Source: Dicyema japonicum (taxonomy: Eukaryota > Animalia > Dicyemida). Taken from it: 64,000 bases of DNA. Shown in pieces: positions 11,094 to 23,630 of the stretch. The stretch spans positions 310,001 to 374,000 of the forward strand of contig RDEW01000017.1 of NCBI GenBank assembly GCA_011109175.1, written 5' to 3'. The notes under the pieces are model-generated. The model ran no database searches and was not told where the DNA came from. It saw nothing but the letters and a program-made list of their open reading frames with translations. Each line of letters starts with the position of its first letter. The stretch's first letter is position 1. Both the position numbers and the translations under genes were made by a program.

Positions 11094-12638
11094 TTAATCG
11101 TACCAATACTGGGAATAAGTCGAATACCATATCTGTCCAGAGTGCTCCAGAGACCTACAAGTACAAAAGACATCAAAACCTGATAATATCCGCAAAAGCC
11201 GTAAAAAGGGGTTTCACAATAAGCTTAATGTCATATTTGTCGCACATCTCCTTCACATCCTTAGTCGTTTTGTACAGATTATGACGAGGCATAAGAGGGA
11301 ACAAACTACAGGTCACCAAACCATATACTGATGTTCCACTTGGTGGTTCAAATGTCCAGTAAACCAGTCATTGAAGGCAGACTTTGTGATGTTACAAGAT
11401 GAGTAGATCTGTTGCACAAACCACGGTCGGTCAGCGTCGTGTTCAATAGGCATTGGGATATGGTTCGACTGGGTGACCCACACAAAGTTGTGACTTTCAA
11501 AGCACCTCACCAAAAAGTAGAACAGAATGACAGAGGTCACAGACTCTCCCAAAACCCAGTAAAAGGTCAGCCCAAACCTAATGAAGAAACTGCCCAGAAT
11601 TAATAGGTCCTGCAATCCAAGGAAACCAACTAACCTTCCAGGCCTTCTGGTACACACAGTAGTACAGTATCATGATTTGGGAAATACAAAGGGAACAGCA
11701 GAGGAGGAAGAGCTAGAAATTAAGAACACGCGTACTTGCAAAGAAATATCTATGCTGATAGTTATACGGAAGTGAATTTTTTCTCGTTTTAGCGACCTCA
11801 ATTGGCATGACTTGGCCCACGACCAACAGCATGTCCAACCGAACATCAGGGTCTTTCCCAATCTATGGATATTACGACAGTTTCCTACCACGTTGGGCTT
11901 CCCGTGATGTCTGTTGTGCATGTGCTTCCACCACGTCGAGGAAGCGCCCTGGAATTACAGATTAGAGAACCTTAAAGAATCCAACTAACAAATGGTGAGC
12001 CACTGTGTTAGCAAAGAGAGTCTTAAAGACGGAAAGATGCCCTAAATCGTGCTGAAGCCACCCAGCTTGCACTTGGGCGAATCCGGCGAGGATTACCGCT
12101 GCGATGTAGGCTAGCCAGGAAGTCGACTTGAAGTAGTAAAGGACATAAACGGCCGATACTTCCATCAGAATAATATGGATAATGTTCCACAAGTAAAAGA
12201 AAATGCTCGGTTTGAATAATCCCTGAAGTGAGAAAGCCGGGTACCTCTCTTTCAAACTTTTTCCGCAATTGGACAAAGTCCCTGCGGATGTCGTAGTCGA
12301 CACTGTCAACGGTCTCCACATAACCGATGTGAAAGTTCTTCATTAGTTTGTAAACAGACTTGACATCTGGATGGAAGGCATAAAAAGCATCCTATCGATT
12401 ATTAAGAAGAGAGAACTGTGCAGTCTTGTCCAGAGGAGTTTTCAATCACTTTATGCCCCCCGGGGTGTCTTCGAATCCAATTTGTCACATCATAGACACA
12501 GTTATCTATCACAAGCCACCTATGTGATCGAGTGTTATTAGTCCTTATTTCATCCCAGGAGTAATATGGGAGGGTCTTGTTCAACCCGGCTTGAGAAGTT
12601 TGATCTTCACCTTTCCTTAAGTCACCACCTCTTCCCAT
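11094..12638 (-). CDS. FADS2: Front-end (delta-5/6/8-type) fatty acid desaturase with cytochrome b5 domain; 8 introns of 22-26 nt; one extra G at 11679-81
   Basis: HPGG heme motif, His boxes HDLGH, HNRHH and QVEHH, plus KDPDV, SCNITKSAFNDWFTGHLN and LFPLMPRHN. Ends SLEHSGQIWYSTYSQYWYD*. Orthology within FADS1/2 is not resolved. Confidence 0.93.
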
Positions 12639-13149
12639 TTAAAAATTTTGCTGGATTTTAATTTTAAAATTATATTTTATTTTTATTAAATATAATTTTA
12701 ATTAAAATGAATTGTAATCAAAATTCTTAAATATCGTTTTTTCTTATCTATAACTGCTATGGGAGAGTTTAATTGCTAGCATTTTTGAAGTTACGTGACA
12801 CTTGGCCATAATTTTGTTGAAAAATGCCAAAACAAAACTCTTTTGTTTTTCGGTTTCCTTGGAGTTTGTCAAATATTTGTATACCGAATTTCAATATAAA
12901 CGTTATTGTGCTAATTTTTACTGCTAACCGCAACCTATCCCTGATAAGTGATAAAAATTCTCTAAGGAGTTCTAGCTAATATAACTCTAACCATCGATCT
13001 CTGCTGGCATAATGGATAGGCGCCAAATTGAAATATTTATTTTTTTGAATGATTCTTACATTAGGGGATGCCTTTATACATTGATCATTTACTCCATAAA
13101 TAAACTAATTTTAAAAATCAGGGTCAGTTATTACTCGATCCTTATTTGT

Positions 13150-15010
13150 CCGATAATGCAGTCAACAGTCCTTGAACTTCAATAGCTGTCCTCAAAACAC
13201 CCGGTTTTGGATCCACGTCAGAATGAACTGGATCGACTCGATGACCGTTGAATTGGGATATCTTCATTATTTTGACACTCAATTAAAGAGGTCGCATATA
13301 GGTCACCCGCAAAGACAGAAGCCATCAATCAGCACATCACTGCTACCCACCAGGTCGAACGAGTCCTTTCTGCTCTGCTATTTTTAATTCCTAAAAAGTT
13401 TCTATCCAAGGAAAGGCCCATTGCCTGGTCGTCGTACGAAAAGGATCTCTTTTTTCCCTACTTCACTGAAGGAGTTCCCGCAATGGTGGATGTGGATTGG
13501 ACATGATTTTAATTCTTGGATTATCGCATAAAATTTGATACAATTTGGCGATTATGCTTATAACTTAAGTTGGCAAGATGGTTATGGGCAGCTGCTCTAC
13601 TGTGACTCCAATTACTATTACTTATGCTAGCATTTTGGAGTCATGTAGTGCTTCATGGCTCAAGGGGATTTCTCAAATAGTCTTCAGAATTGTGTTTAGC
13701 CAGAGTGGCAGATTCAACTGTTTGAAAGTTTCTCCGAATTTTCTTAGAGAACACAAGTTTTTTCTCTGGATATTTGTGATGCCATTAACTTGAATACTGA
13801 GAAGGTTTAAGTTAAAAAAAGAAATACGAGACCTTTGGTGGACAGTTCATCTTAACACCGTTTGAATCGAAACCTCGAGAGTTATTGAATTCAACTCAGA
13901 AGGGACAGTCTGGAAGAGGGATGATTGATTAAGCGCATTTCCATACAAATCGATCGAGGAGATTCGCTTAATCATGAGAGCTGTTACCTAGCAATTATAG
14001 TATTTGGTTACCCCGTCATCATTATGTAGGAAGTTCAAGTGAGATTGCTGGGTGCTCCAATGAGTCCCTTAGATCATTTTTAATTTATTAATCTCGGATC
14101 TACAAGAAAAAGGATGAGTTAGCGTTCAAAATAAGTCATCCCGATGTCCATACCAGACTTTCCTACTATTTGTTTTGAAATCTTGAATTAATCTCCAGAA
14201 AGGGGTAGGTTTCTTCTCGTATCTTAGGCGGACTTCCAGATATAATCTAACTTCCAGGCAAATGGGTTGTTTAAAAAACTGCCACGTCGAAGAAATCTTA
14301 CTGCCGTTCAGTGAGGCATTCCATGATTGGTGAGACGTTTAGCGTTTTCTGAGCAGCGACGTGGGGGTCTGTTTCGAGAATCTCTAAAATATTCTAAGAC
14401 TTTGGTTTTGTATCACCTCCAATTTGCTCTGCGTTGGAAGTGGGACAATCCATGCTGAACAAGCGTATTCTAAAATAAATTGCTTAAAAGCTCCAACAAA
14501 GGGATGAGAGATAACGGATATGGGAAAAAGCGTTAAGAATGCCCATTTTATTTTTACCCTCGAGGCAACCAGGTCGCTTGTATGTGAATGAACTGCGGGT
14601 TCAGGATGACTTCCAAAATGAAGGGGGAATTCTTAGTGATTCCGGGAATCATAAAAATTGATTGCTGGTGTTATCCGTGTCTTTTTCCGTGAAAAGGTGA
14701 ACGCTGTTACATGTGATTTACCTGGTGGGACTTTTAGGCGGTTCTTCAAAAACCAAGAACCACCATGAACTGAGTTTGTGGTGAATAGACGTCATGAAGA
14801 TTTTGCGGTTAGGATCTTCCGGAAGACTGAATCAAAAGAGCTTCCTTATAGATGGAGGAGCCTTTTCCAGATCGGCTTCCCAGCATTCTTTGTTATGTCT
14901 TGTGATGTTCACCATTCTTTCTCTTCTTTCCATGACACCGGAAGTCTCCATCGCAATTGGCACGAAATGATATTTTTCTTAATGTATTTACGGATTTTCC
15001 AGTTTCTTTA
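13150..15010 (-). mobile_element. Heavily degraded LINE ORF2 (RT/thumb) fragments
   Basis: Thumb-like (H)ITNIQRKNLCSLRKF..., similar to the RT pieces at 40260-41100; many stops. Confidence 0.45.
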
Positions 15011-15209
15011 GTTTTGATATCTTCTCATTGACGTTTACTGACTTTCTGTGGATGTTCATTAGTTCAGACTCATTGGTGCTCCTGTTCCAGAAGGTGCCAA
15101 TGTTCTTTGATACCCTTAGAGTCATTGCTCCTGTCAAGAAGGCAATAAGAGTTTTTGTTGATTAACTTAATTATTATTATTACCTCCAAGATCACTGGGT
15201 CAAAGAGAA

Positions 15210-15440
15210 AAAATAAAAGGTTCTCAACTAACTAAGTGATCCCAGACCGACAAGGGAGAGGACGAATCCGGTGGGGTCGAGAATCCTGAACAGTTCTTCT
15301 CATTGGACATGGCATCTGCTCAAAATTTCTGCATGATTGTAGATATTTCGATAGTGTATGGAATAGAGGGCAGCTCGGTAGACTAGCCTCTTTTAAGAGT
15401 TTCCGTTGTAATTCGATTAAGAGATTTTCAATGGGCTGGA
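15210..15440 (-). mobile_element. LINE 3' end ('GIT*' family)
   Basis: ORF ends CRSGIT*, followed by TTAGTTAGTT...GTGATCTTGGAGGTAATAATAAT. Confidence 0.65.
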
Positions 15441-15589
15441 TTATGTGTTCCGGTCCAATTATCCTTATTAACTTAGTAAATTGATTATTACTTAATTTTA
15501 AGGCTTTTTTTATTGTAATTTGATTAAATTGCTCTTTGAGAATATATTTATTAGAATCTCTTCCCTTTGACTCCAAGGAGCTTGATTGT

Positions 15590-15780
15590 CAGCGTGCGAC
15601 ATGTGTTTCACCATCTCTGGTGGCTCCAAAAAGAACCATTAGGAAACAACATCCAGAGAAGTTCGCCCTGTACAGCACTTACTTCAAGTCAGAGCATGTT
15701 AAGACTGCTGAAGAAGGCCGGGATCACCTGAATTTTATCATTCTGGCTATGACGGTGTTTTGTGGTTCAATAAATTTAAA
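15590..15780 (+). mobile_element. LINE 3' end ('GIT*' family)
   Basis: RLLKKAGIT* (GGCCGGGATCACCTGA); matches 57240-57350 on the minus strand. Confidence 0.65.
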
Positions 15781-15799
15781 ATTTATTAGAATAATATAG

Positions 15800-16250
15800 T
15801 GGTGACATTTCCTTATGCGAAAAAGCATCTACCAAAACCCAATAAAAGTTCCTCCCAGTTTATGGTGCAAAATCACCGTTTGAAATCAACTTATTTATCT
15901 GGACAAAAGCCTATTATTAAGAATGTTCTAGAATTATTTTTTCAACACAGATTAAGTTAATCCAATTTGGGCCAGAAGAAATTCGAACCCAGACATTAGC
16001 ACATTCAATGCCTTTTTATTTGAAAACGACGTTTTATGAGTCCATTAACACAATAAAGTAAAGAGTGATCTTTTTTGGACGTCGACGTTGGACGGATCCA
16101 ATGGCGCCTCTAAGAATTGAGGAAAACAAAGAGCAGAGTAAGAGACTCCACAACAAATCGAATGAAGCAATCGTATCCTTTTATGAGAAAGGACAAACAT
16201 TAATTCCCACAATTGATCAAAAATCATTGTTCTCAAAAATCAATATTTAA
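15800..16250 (+). CDS. Probable 3' part of an unidentified gene
   Basis: Open exons joined by a 26-nt GTTCTAG...ACACAG intron; ends GRRRWTDPMAPLRIEENKE...FSKINI*; needs one frameshift. Confidence 0.3.
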
Positions 16251-16308
16251 AATAATTCAAACAGCCATTCTGCATCGAACAGGCCATAACAACCAGGGAC
16301 TTTCAAAG

Positions 16309-17500
16309 TCATACAAATCCAAAGACTTTGTCATGTTTGGTATCAGTTACTGCCACAAACTTGAACAACTCCCCTATTTTATCCATCAGCATTCCGTATT
16401 GTCCAATAAGCACCTTCTCGTTTTCAGAGCTGCCTAACAAGACCTTCAGTCGGTCTTCAATTCCCATCTCTCGTAGAAACTCTGCCTGCGATTGAGACCC
16501 GTAGTACTTTACTAAAATGACTCACACATGCTAACCACGAGGACCGAAAGCTCTCTTCAAAGCAGCAAAGTCAACGTCCGCAGTGAGGTCACTCTCACCC
16601 ACAAACTCCAGAGGATTCGACAGTTTATGCTGTCTATAAGCCTAAGACTGAGAAGTAAACAAACTCTGAACGTGCTACCACAGCATCCAACACGACCGTA
16701 GTCACAAATCAGAGCCAACCCCCCATTTTTAGAGATTTTCTCTGAAATCTCCGTTGCTATGGTGAAAGTCTTGGGGGAGATTTCGACCACACTGTTGAAC
16801 TGCGCTTGTCGCAAAAATATATTTTCGTCAACATTTTCACGACTTAGAGCTGTTTTATGTGGAGACAAGACATATTCCAGTTTATCCCCCTTGAGACTTA
16901 TCAAGAGCTCGTGCCAAGTGTGGTCTTTGCAGTACTGCATGCTAAGAACTCCAAATACCACGAAGTGACGAATTGGGAGAGCATCGAAGAATTCGTTGGC
17001 AATAAAAACACTATATTTGTCAGGAATTGTGTAAATATTGTCATGCCACGTGACATTGACTCCCATAATATTCTGTTTCTGACATCTTCGCAGAATAGGA
17101 CTCACCTCTACAAGATGGACTTCGACATCAGAGAGGACCAGGAATTTGGCCATAACCTACATGTTTATAGGATCAAACTCTAATAATGTCCTGCATTAGA
17201 ATCCCATTTCCAGGGCCTAATTCAACCAGTTGGATTTTGTCGAGATCTCTGGGTACCTTGGAGAGTTCATTAACTATCCAAACACCCACCATCTGCCTTA
17301 ACACGCTTATTATACCTCGCCAAACATCTGACTCATTTCCGGAGCTGTGATGAAATCCCGTCCTATGGGAGAACGTTTACAATAGTATCCCTTTAGTGAT
17401 TATTCTCACAGACCTCATTTCCCCCAATCAGTACCTCTTCCATAAATCTCGCTATACTTATTGGCCCAAAGGCCCTTATTAACCGAGATACCCTTTCCAT
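16309..17500 (-). CDS. NDUFAF7: Complex I assembly arginine methyltransferase (MidA family); 6 introns of 22-24 nt; frame intact
   Basis: GPISIARFMEEVL, GYY, DFITAPEMSQMFGE, LVELGPGNGILMQDI, HLVEVSPILR, IANEFFDALP, DYG, DLTADVDF, QAEFLREMGIEDRLKVLL. Confidence 0.93.
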
Positions 17501-17611
17501 TAATTATCCACCTGAACAGAATTCAAATTGACCTTTAATTTAATTGCCAATTAAATGGATATTGATTAATATTAATAATATAATAAATACTTCGTCAACG
17601 GCATTAAATTA

Positions 17612-17929
17612 ATGAGTTTACTTATTATTTATTTGAGTTTCTTTTTATCACAATCCCATATCGCCTATTTACCCGAGGAAAATCAAAACAATGAGGATTT
17701 ATGTGATGAACATCCCGAAAGATGTGCTGATGAAGCACAAAACTACGAGCAATTATATGATTCTGTCCAAAAAATCATGTACATGAGAGATAGAGGGAAA
17801 TATATTCCGAAATATTCTTATTTCAAAGATGAACACATTGATAAAATTATGGACCTCATAGAACTGATTCACCTCAAAAATAGACTCAATCAACATAAGA
17901 ATTCATATAGGTTAAACAGAACATATTAA
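17612..17929 (+). CDS. Small (105 aa) putative secreted protein
   Basis: Intact ORF with a hydrophobic N-terminus (MSLLIIYLSFFLSQSHIA), an acidic segment with two Cys, and an AT-rich upstream spacer; head-to-head with NDUFAF7. Confidence 0.55.
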   Translation: MSLLIIYLSFFLSQSHIAYLPEENQNNEDLCDEHPERCADEAQNYEQLYDSVQKIMYMRDRGKYIPKYSYFKDEHIDKIMDLIELIHLKNRLNQHKNSYRLNRTY

Positions 17930-18439
17930 TTACCATTAACTCTAAAATACTTAATTCTATGTTTTTACAATTATTTCTTTCCTTTTGCTGCTACAAAGCC
18001 CCTAGTCTAGGACGTCACGTGTACGGAACATTTTTGCTTTAAACAGCCTGCTACCAATGCCTGTTCAGTCTCTGGAAAAGCCGAGATATTAAATATGGTA
18101 AGTAGTCTGACCTTCTCGGTTATGTAACGTTTGTTTCTCTCGCTGTGGAAACTTCGGGAACCTTCGGACATTCGTTCTACGGTTTTTTTGCAAAAAACAC
18201 GGAAACCAAATCTCAGTTCGCTCAGAGAACCTTCGCACACGTTGTTAGCTTTTCTGGCGGACTCGCACAAAGTGCGTCATAAAAGCGCTCTCAAAAGTTC
18301 TCTCGAACACAGTTGCTTATATGTATGCGTGAATATTTCTACCAACTTCCAACTGTCTCAAGTACCTCCTGTGGAGTTTAGCAACGATAAATCACATGTC
18401 ATGACGTAAGAGATAACATATACTTTGATCGATTTATTA

Positions 18440-18800
18440 TCCCAAATTCGTTTGGGAGTAATGAATACTTCCACTTCTTCTATACCTCAGCTGTACGGAA
18501 ATTCTTGTTTCTCCAAAATAAGTAGATAGTCCGTGATATACATGAAAGGGGTTTTATCCAGTTCCCCAGTCGGAGAGGGACACATCCTTTCCAAACATTA
18601 CGTCCATTCATTTTCGCCATTGCAAAAACTCCACCACTGGAGTTGGGAAGAGAGACCCTGTTTGGATCTCGGCCAGGCATTTGGCGTCTCCTGAGTCAAG
18701 TAGAATCCATGACGCCCCAACTCATAACCTTTAAATTCGTAAATAATCATGGACATGGTCCAAGGTAATGGCCACTGTCTCTTGCGGTGGACCATGATTT
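18440..18800 (-). mobile_element. CRE-clade fragment
   Basis: GL...LPNSSGG...VPLRLG..IKPLSC, the RT-to-zinc-finger linker region. Confidence 0.55.
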
Positions 18801-18819
18801 GTTACTTGTTTAGTTATTT

Positions 18820-19200
18820 AGCTAAAAGCACTCCCGCGTTTACCACAAGTATATGCAGCCTTCCCCACTATCCTCGCTTGTGTCATACTCGCTATCGTAC
18901 TCTCCACTAGTTTCTTCCACCATAGAGTAGACACCCTGGGAGTCCAATAAAGAAAATATATTAGTTAGTTAGTTCCCCCGACCTCACTAACATATAGGAG
19001 GCCTGCTGCTATCAAACGTCTAGCTGATAGTGTTAGAATCCCCCATATGTCCCTTAGTTTCATTGGAAGTCTTTTCCGGAAAGGATTTGATTTATAATAT
19101 CCCTAAGCTGTTCAGGTGAGTGAAGTCAAGACTCTGATCCATTTCAGAAGTGAAAATGTCCAGAGAGGATTCTTCTGAAATCTCTATCAAAAGAAGTGTC
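18820..19200 (-). mobile_element. LINE 3' fragments (RTE-type tail)
   Basis: GCGGGAGTGCTTTTAG tail shared with 29470, plus AACTAACTAACT-type tails. Confidence 0.45.
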
Positions 19201-19295
19201 AACCACTCAACGGCTAATATCGTCATTCTCTCCATAATTCAAGATATCTCACAAATAATTTTCAAATTCAATTATGTAGATCGACAATTTTCAAA

Positions 19296-20926
19296 ATGAT
19301 ACAAAAATATGAACAATTTAAGCAATATTGCAATATCCCGATAAAGCAATTACTGGAGATATATAAACTAAGATTTATCGGACATTTAATGGAGAGTACA
19401 GTAGCAGTGCCACAACTAACAGATTCTACGGAAAAACCAAGAAATGTCAATAAAAAGAAAATCAGGACACTAAAAACGACAGAAGGACTGAATAATATAC
19501 CCATGAGTCAATTTGAACTTGATAATAAGAAAAACAAAATTTCAAGATATCGAAGAATCAAAATGCAAATTAATAAACTTTCAAAAATCATTCCCAAATC
19601 ACTCTCCGAGAGCGTAACCCGTTCTCCAAAAATAACGAAAGCTCTATAGGATTGCCTGAAAATAATGAAAAAACACAGGATTTTAAAGGATTGCCTGAAA
19701 ATAATGAAAAAACACAGGATTTTAGAGGATTTCCTAAAAATAATGAAAAAACACAGGATTCTAAAGGATTTCCTAAAAATAATGAAAAAACACAGGATTC
19801 TAAAGGATTTCCTAAAAATAATGAAAAAACACAGGATTCTAAAGGATCGTCTGAAAATAATGAAAAAGCACAGGATTCTAAAGGATCGCCTGAGAATGAT
19901 GAAAAAGCACAGGATTCTAAAGGATCGCCTGAGAATGATGAAAAAACACTGGATTCTAAAGGATCTCCACAGAGTAAAGCCAAAGGAAAGTTCAAAGTCA
20001 AAGTACAAGAAAGCCTAAAAAAAGCGATGTCCGCATTTGGGAAAAATATCAAAAGAAGAAAGCTCCAAAAGCCAGAGAAAGCTAAAGAGAAAGTTGAGGA
20101 GCCAACTGAGTGTTTACCAAACAATGAAGGTACAGTGCTACCTGCTACAGTCGACGAAAGCACTGTAGTGGTTCCTGACCTTGTGTCAGGTTAATCTTTT
20201 AAAGAACCTTAGATTGGTCCCAGGATAACAAATCTGACAATTCTATCAAATTTCAAATTAAGGCCCCATTAAATGCTGTCATCTGGCCGGAAGAAACTGA
20301 TCCAATTAACGAGGGCATACCAACAGAGGAACCGATGAACTTTGGTAACAGAGAATTTAATACTGCAGATGTATTGACTAATGAGATCGAGGATTTCTCT
20401 TTAAAAAAAGTAGACGTGTTTACGAATGCCCTTACCGATGTGCAAACTGAGGGATCAATATCTAAACTGACAAATAGTGACATTTCTAAAAACACCAAAT
20501 TTCCAAAAAAAGGAAAATCATTATATATGGGGATTTTAATGATGCTTTTTGGTGATTACTGTTGAAATAAACCTAGGTCTAATATTCATCTCTTCACTGG
20601 CCACGTTTGGAGCCTTGAAACTGAGGAAAGACAAGGTCTGCGAGGTATTTAATGTCAAATCAAACATACACGGATTCAATCGCGAAATCAGGTTTAATTC
20701 AGTCGTCAATAAAAAATGGATGTCCTATTTGGATACACTGACTAATAACCCCAAAATATTTTATGGAAATGACCATACAAGTATCGGCAACGTTGGAAAT
20801 GGCTACTATATTGTCAGCGGACTGGACAATCGCAGAAATCATACGATGTACAACATCGGAGACATGGAAAACAAGTCGGTGGACGATAAAGTAGAGCTGT
20901 ACTGCCTTAAGTATCGCTCGTCCTAA
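19296..20926 (+). CDS. Lineage-specific membrane protein: long hydrophilic N-terminus with 8 x 13-aa repeats, one TM, ~100-aa C-terminal domain
   Basis: Three ORFs joined by one frameshift (~19580-19645) and 23- and 25-nt introns (GTTAATC...CCTTAG, GTGATTAC...CCTAG). Splicing creates the TM segment LYMGILMMLFGLIFISSLATFGAL. Confidence 0.6.
19649..19960 (+). repeat. Coding minisatellite, 8 x 39 bp
   Basis: Unit GGATT(G/T)CCT(G/A)AAAATAATGAAAAAACACAGGATT(T/C)TAAA = (G)xPENNEKTQDSK, with graded divergence along the array. Confidence 0.95.
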
Positions 20927-21805
20927 TTAACTAATTGATTTAGTTGTTTTCAGGAAAATTATTTGGTTCGTTTAGTCGCAATCAATTTTGTTGATGAGGC
21001 GTATTATTGCCTTTGAAGGGATTTTCTGGGAAAATTCCCTTTGGGGAAGGGGAGGAGGGTCTTTTAGCTGCTAAGAGAATTGCATCCAAATTCTCCACGA
21101 GGAGGTAACCCACATCGAAATTTGCTAACGCTGAGTTTTGGCTCCTCTCGCCTGACCATCTTGGGGATATTATCAATCAAATCCTTTCCACACCAGAATC
21201 ATCAATGATACTAAGGGACTTGTGGGAGCGCCCAATATTATCTGCTGGGCGCTTGGTAGCGGCTGACCTAGCTAATTAAAATTCTGAGGTCAGGGAACTA
21301 AGATCCTCTTACTACCGGGAGATTAAAGTAATTAGGAACAAACCTGCGTCTTCTTCTCTCGAGCATCAGTTGTCACTCTCCTTTCAGATAAGTCTACCAG
21401 TAACAATGGCTGGGGTTTCTTGTGTTTCCGCAAAACACCGGAAAATTTATTTGGGAAAATGGTTACTCATGCGGATGAATCCAAATCACTCCTAAAGACG
21501 GACCCTGGTAGAGTTCCCCCAAGAAATTCGAGGGTTTATTTCCGAAAGGAGGTGGGATCGCTGACTCGAGGAGAAGTTGGGATCACTTAATTAGCTGGTT
21601 TTGATACCTCCCTACTTGTCGGTTCTGAGGAAGTTATATATGAAGGGGGAGTCGAGTAAAGAGTTTAGACACAGCAAACGAATCACACGAATGGCCTTTC
21701 TCATAATGTTTCATCGTACACAACCTCGTTTCATCACAAACACTTAAGAAACGGCGAATTCTAGAGTTGAATTTGAAAAAATAAAAAATAAACTCAAAAA
21801 TTAAT

Positions 21806-22487
21806 TTACAAGGTATTTAAGCTCTTAACGTCATTAAATGAATGCCTTAGCACGTGGGACTTGAACATGGTATCATCAACAAAATATATATCGCATAGGG
21901 AACAGTAAGAAGAGGTAACTTCAGACGAGTCAATCACATTAGCACGATTCTTACTGGGGTCATTCTCACAAGGGTTGGGGTACATTGATCCAAAGTTCAA
22001 TTCAGGGCTGGCTGAAACGTCGAAACTTCTATAAAATATATAAAACTAGAATATCACAGATTATAGGGCGTGGTTGTCGCGGAATTAACTCTTTGTGGTT
22101 GGGAATATAAATAACGGGGTACTTCCACTAAAATACATAAAAATAACAACGGCGGTTCTGTTTGGTGGGGGTATTTTTCTTTGGAGTCCTGTGCCGTCCT
22201 GAAGTCGAATTATTTCTACTATTTCGCTTTGAGGAGTGATTCCCTTCATCCTTCCCGATAGCTGATAAAACGTTGTGCTTAATAGAATCCATTATCCACG
22301 GGGGTATTTGTCCACAGCGATGTCTTTTATTAAAATATGGGTTACTGTCGAAATTTATTGTCTGGGTTGTTTTGTACTCAGCCAGTTTATGATCAAGCCA
22401 AATAGCAAAGTCAGAAAACTGGTTTTTGCTCATACACGTGTAAATGTTCTTAAAGACCTTTTTACTGTCATTGGCAATATTATCCAT
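21806..22487 (-). CDS. Protein with a single C-terminal C2H2 zinc finger; 2 short introns
   Basis: ORFs 22128-22487 and 21806-22000 join in frame via a ~23-nt and a 29-nt GT-AG intron; CSLCDIYFVDDTMFKSHVLRH. Confidence 0.7.
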
Positions 22488-23292
22488 CGAAAAGTTCAGC
22501 GAATCAATAAATTTAAATTTTAGCCACGCGGCAGCAAAATAAAATTTAAATTATTTAATAAAATAATTTTATTTACATAACTTTTTAAGCTGAAACTTAT
22601 AAGATGTTGCGTTCAATTTTGGGGACTATGGACTTTCTGCATAGGCACAAGGGTATACTCTTACAGAAGCGGTGGAGTCCTCTCGATGAGCCAAAGATGA
22701 AAATGACAGTGGCGATCAAGGGAACCGAGATCACCTAACTAGTTCGGTTACTATTAACATGTTTCCTGGGGGAAATAAATTTAAGGGACAGCAACTGTGA
22801 CAGGGCCCTACTCATTTTTAGAAAATATCGTGGAATTAAGAGTTAAGGAAAGACATCAGTGGCAAACCAGATTTACCTACCAAGAGATAGTGGCCATTGC
22901 CAGGGACGATAGACATTTCCAGACGCTGTGAAAGCCAACATCATCCCTGAAGATCTGAGTTCATTGATGACTCCTTTACCCATTATCACAACCATTCCAT
23001 AGGTTCTAATTCAATCACAATTTGATTTATGCTAAATTATGATAAATCGCTGAGTTTGTTTTTGATCTTAAATTTGTTAATTCACGAACAAAATTATTTT
23101 TGACAACTTGATTGCAACATTATTGTTTCAATGTATTTCTGGAAAGCGCTATGTCGTTAAATATTCCGATTAAACCTACTTATTTACTTTAGTGCCTACA
23201 TGTGCCTTTTGAGTCCTTGAGAAACCGAAATGCTGAGCTGCAGACCGCCTGAGATCAGTCACTCAAAATCAATTAAGGACTGATGGATTTTG

Positions 23293-23630
23293 CCACGTGC
23301 CGCTATGTGGTGCTACGTGCCTAATTGGTTTAAATTTTCTGTTTGTTTTGTCTGTTTTTTACTAGAGTGACGTCATTTGGTCCACCTGTCTCAGGCGGCC
23401 CCCAGTGCCAGACTGGCACGAAAAAAGGATCATTTGCTCTCCCCACTATACAAAGGGGTTTCCAAAACTGCAAGAAATGGACGCCTTTTACCTTTATGCT
23501 GGCTCCGGGTGGACATGTGTGATGTTGAAGGACTATTTCCGTAAAAGTGGAAAATGGATACACTTAATTAGTTGTTTACTGTTAACTTCTTCTCGGTGTA
23601 TCCGGGTGCTATCCACAACGTACCTTTTAT
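23293..23630 (+). repeat. Family A repeat, full length
   Basis: Same 5' motif, core (23369-23433) and 3' GGTGTATCCGGG as the 9688 copy. Confidence 0.85.

Noticed and set aside
15965-16010. Pol III B-box / tRNA-SINE on the minus strand
   Set aside because: It lies in a probable plus-strand exon, with no A-box or cloverleaf.
19649-19960. 39-bp repeats as a CRISPR array; overlapping ORFs 19508-20008, 19588-20163 and 19665-20018 as genes
   Set aside because: The units are contiguous with no spacers and there are no cas genes. The extra ORFs are by-products of a 3n repeat lacking stops.
23400-23430. Hammerhead ribozyme (hairpin followed by GAAA)
   Set aside because: No CUGANGA core upstream; the HDV-type order fits better.
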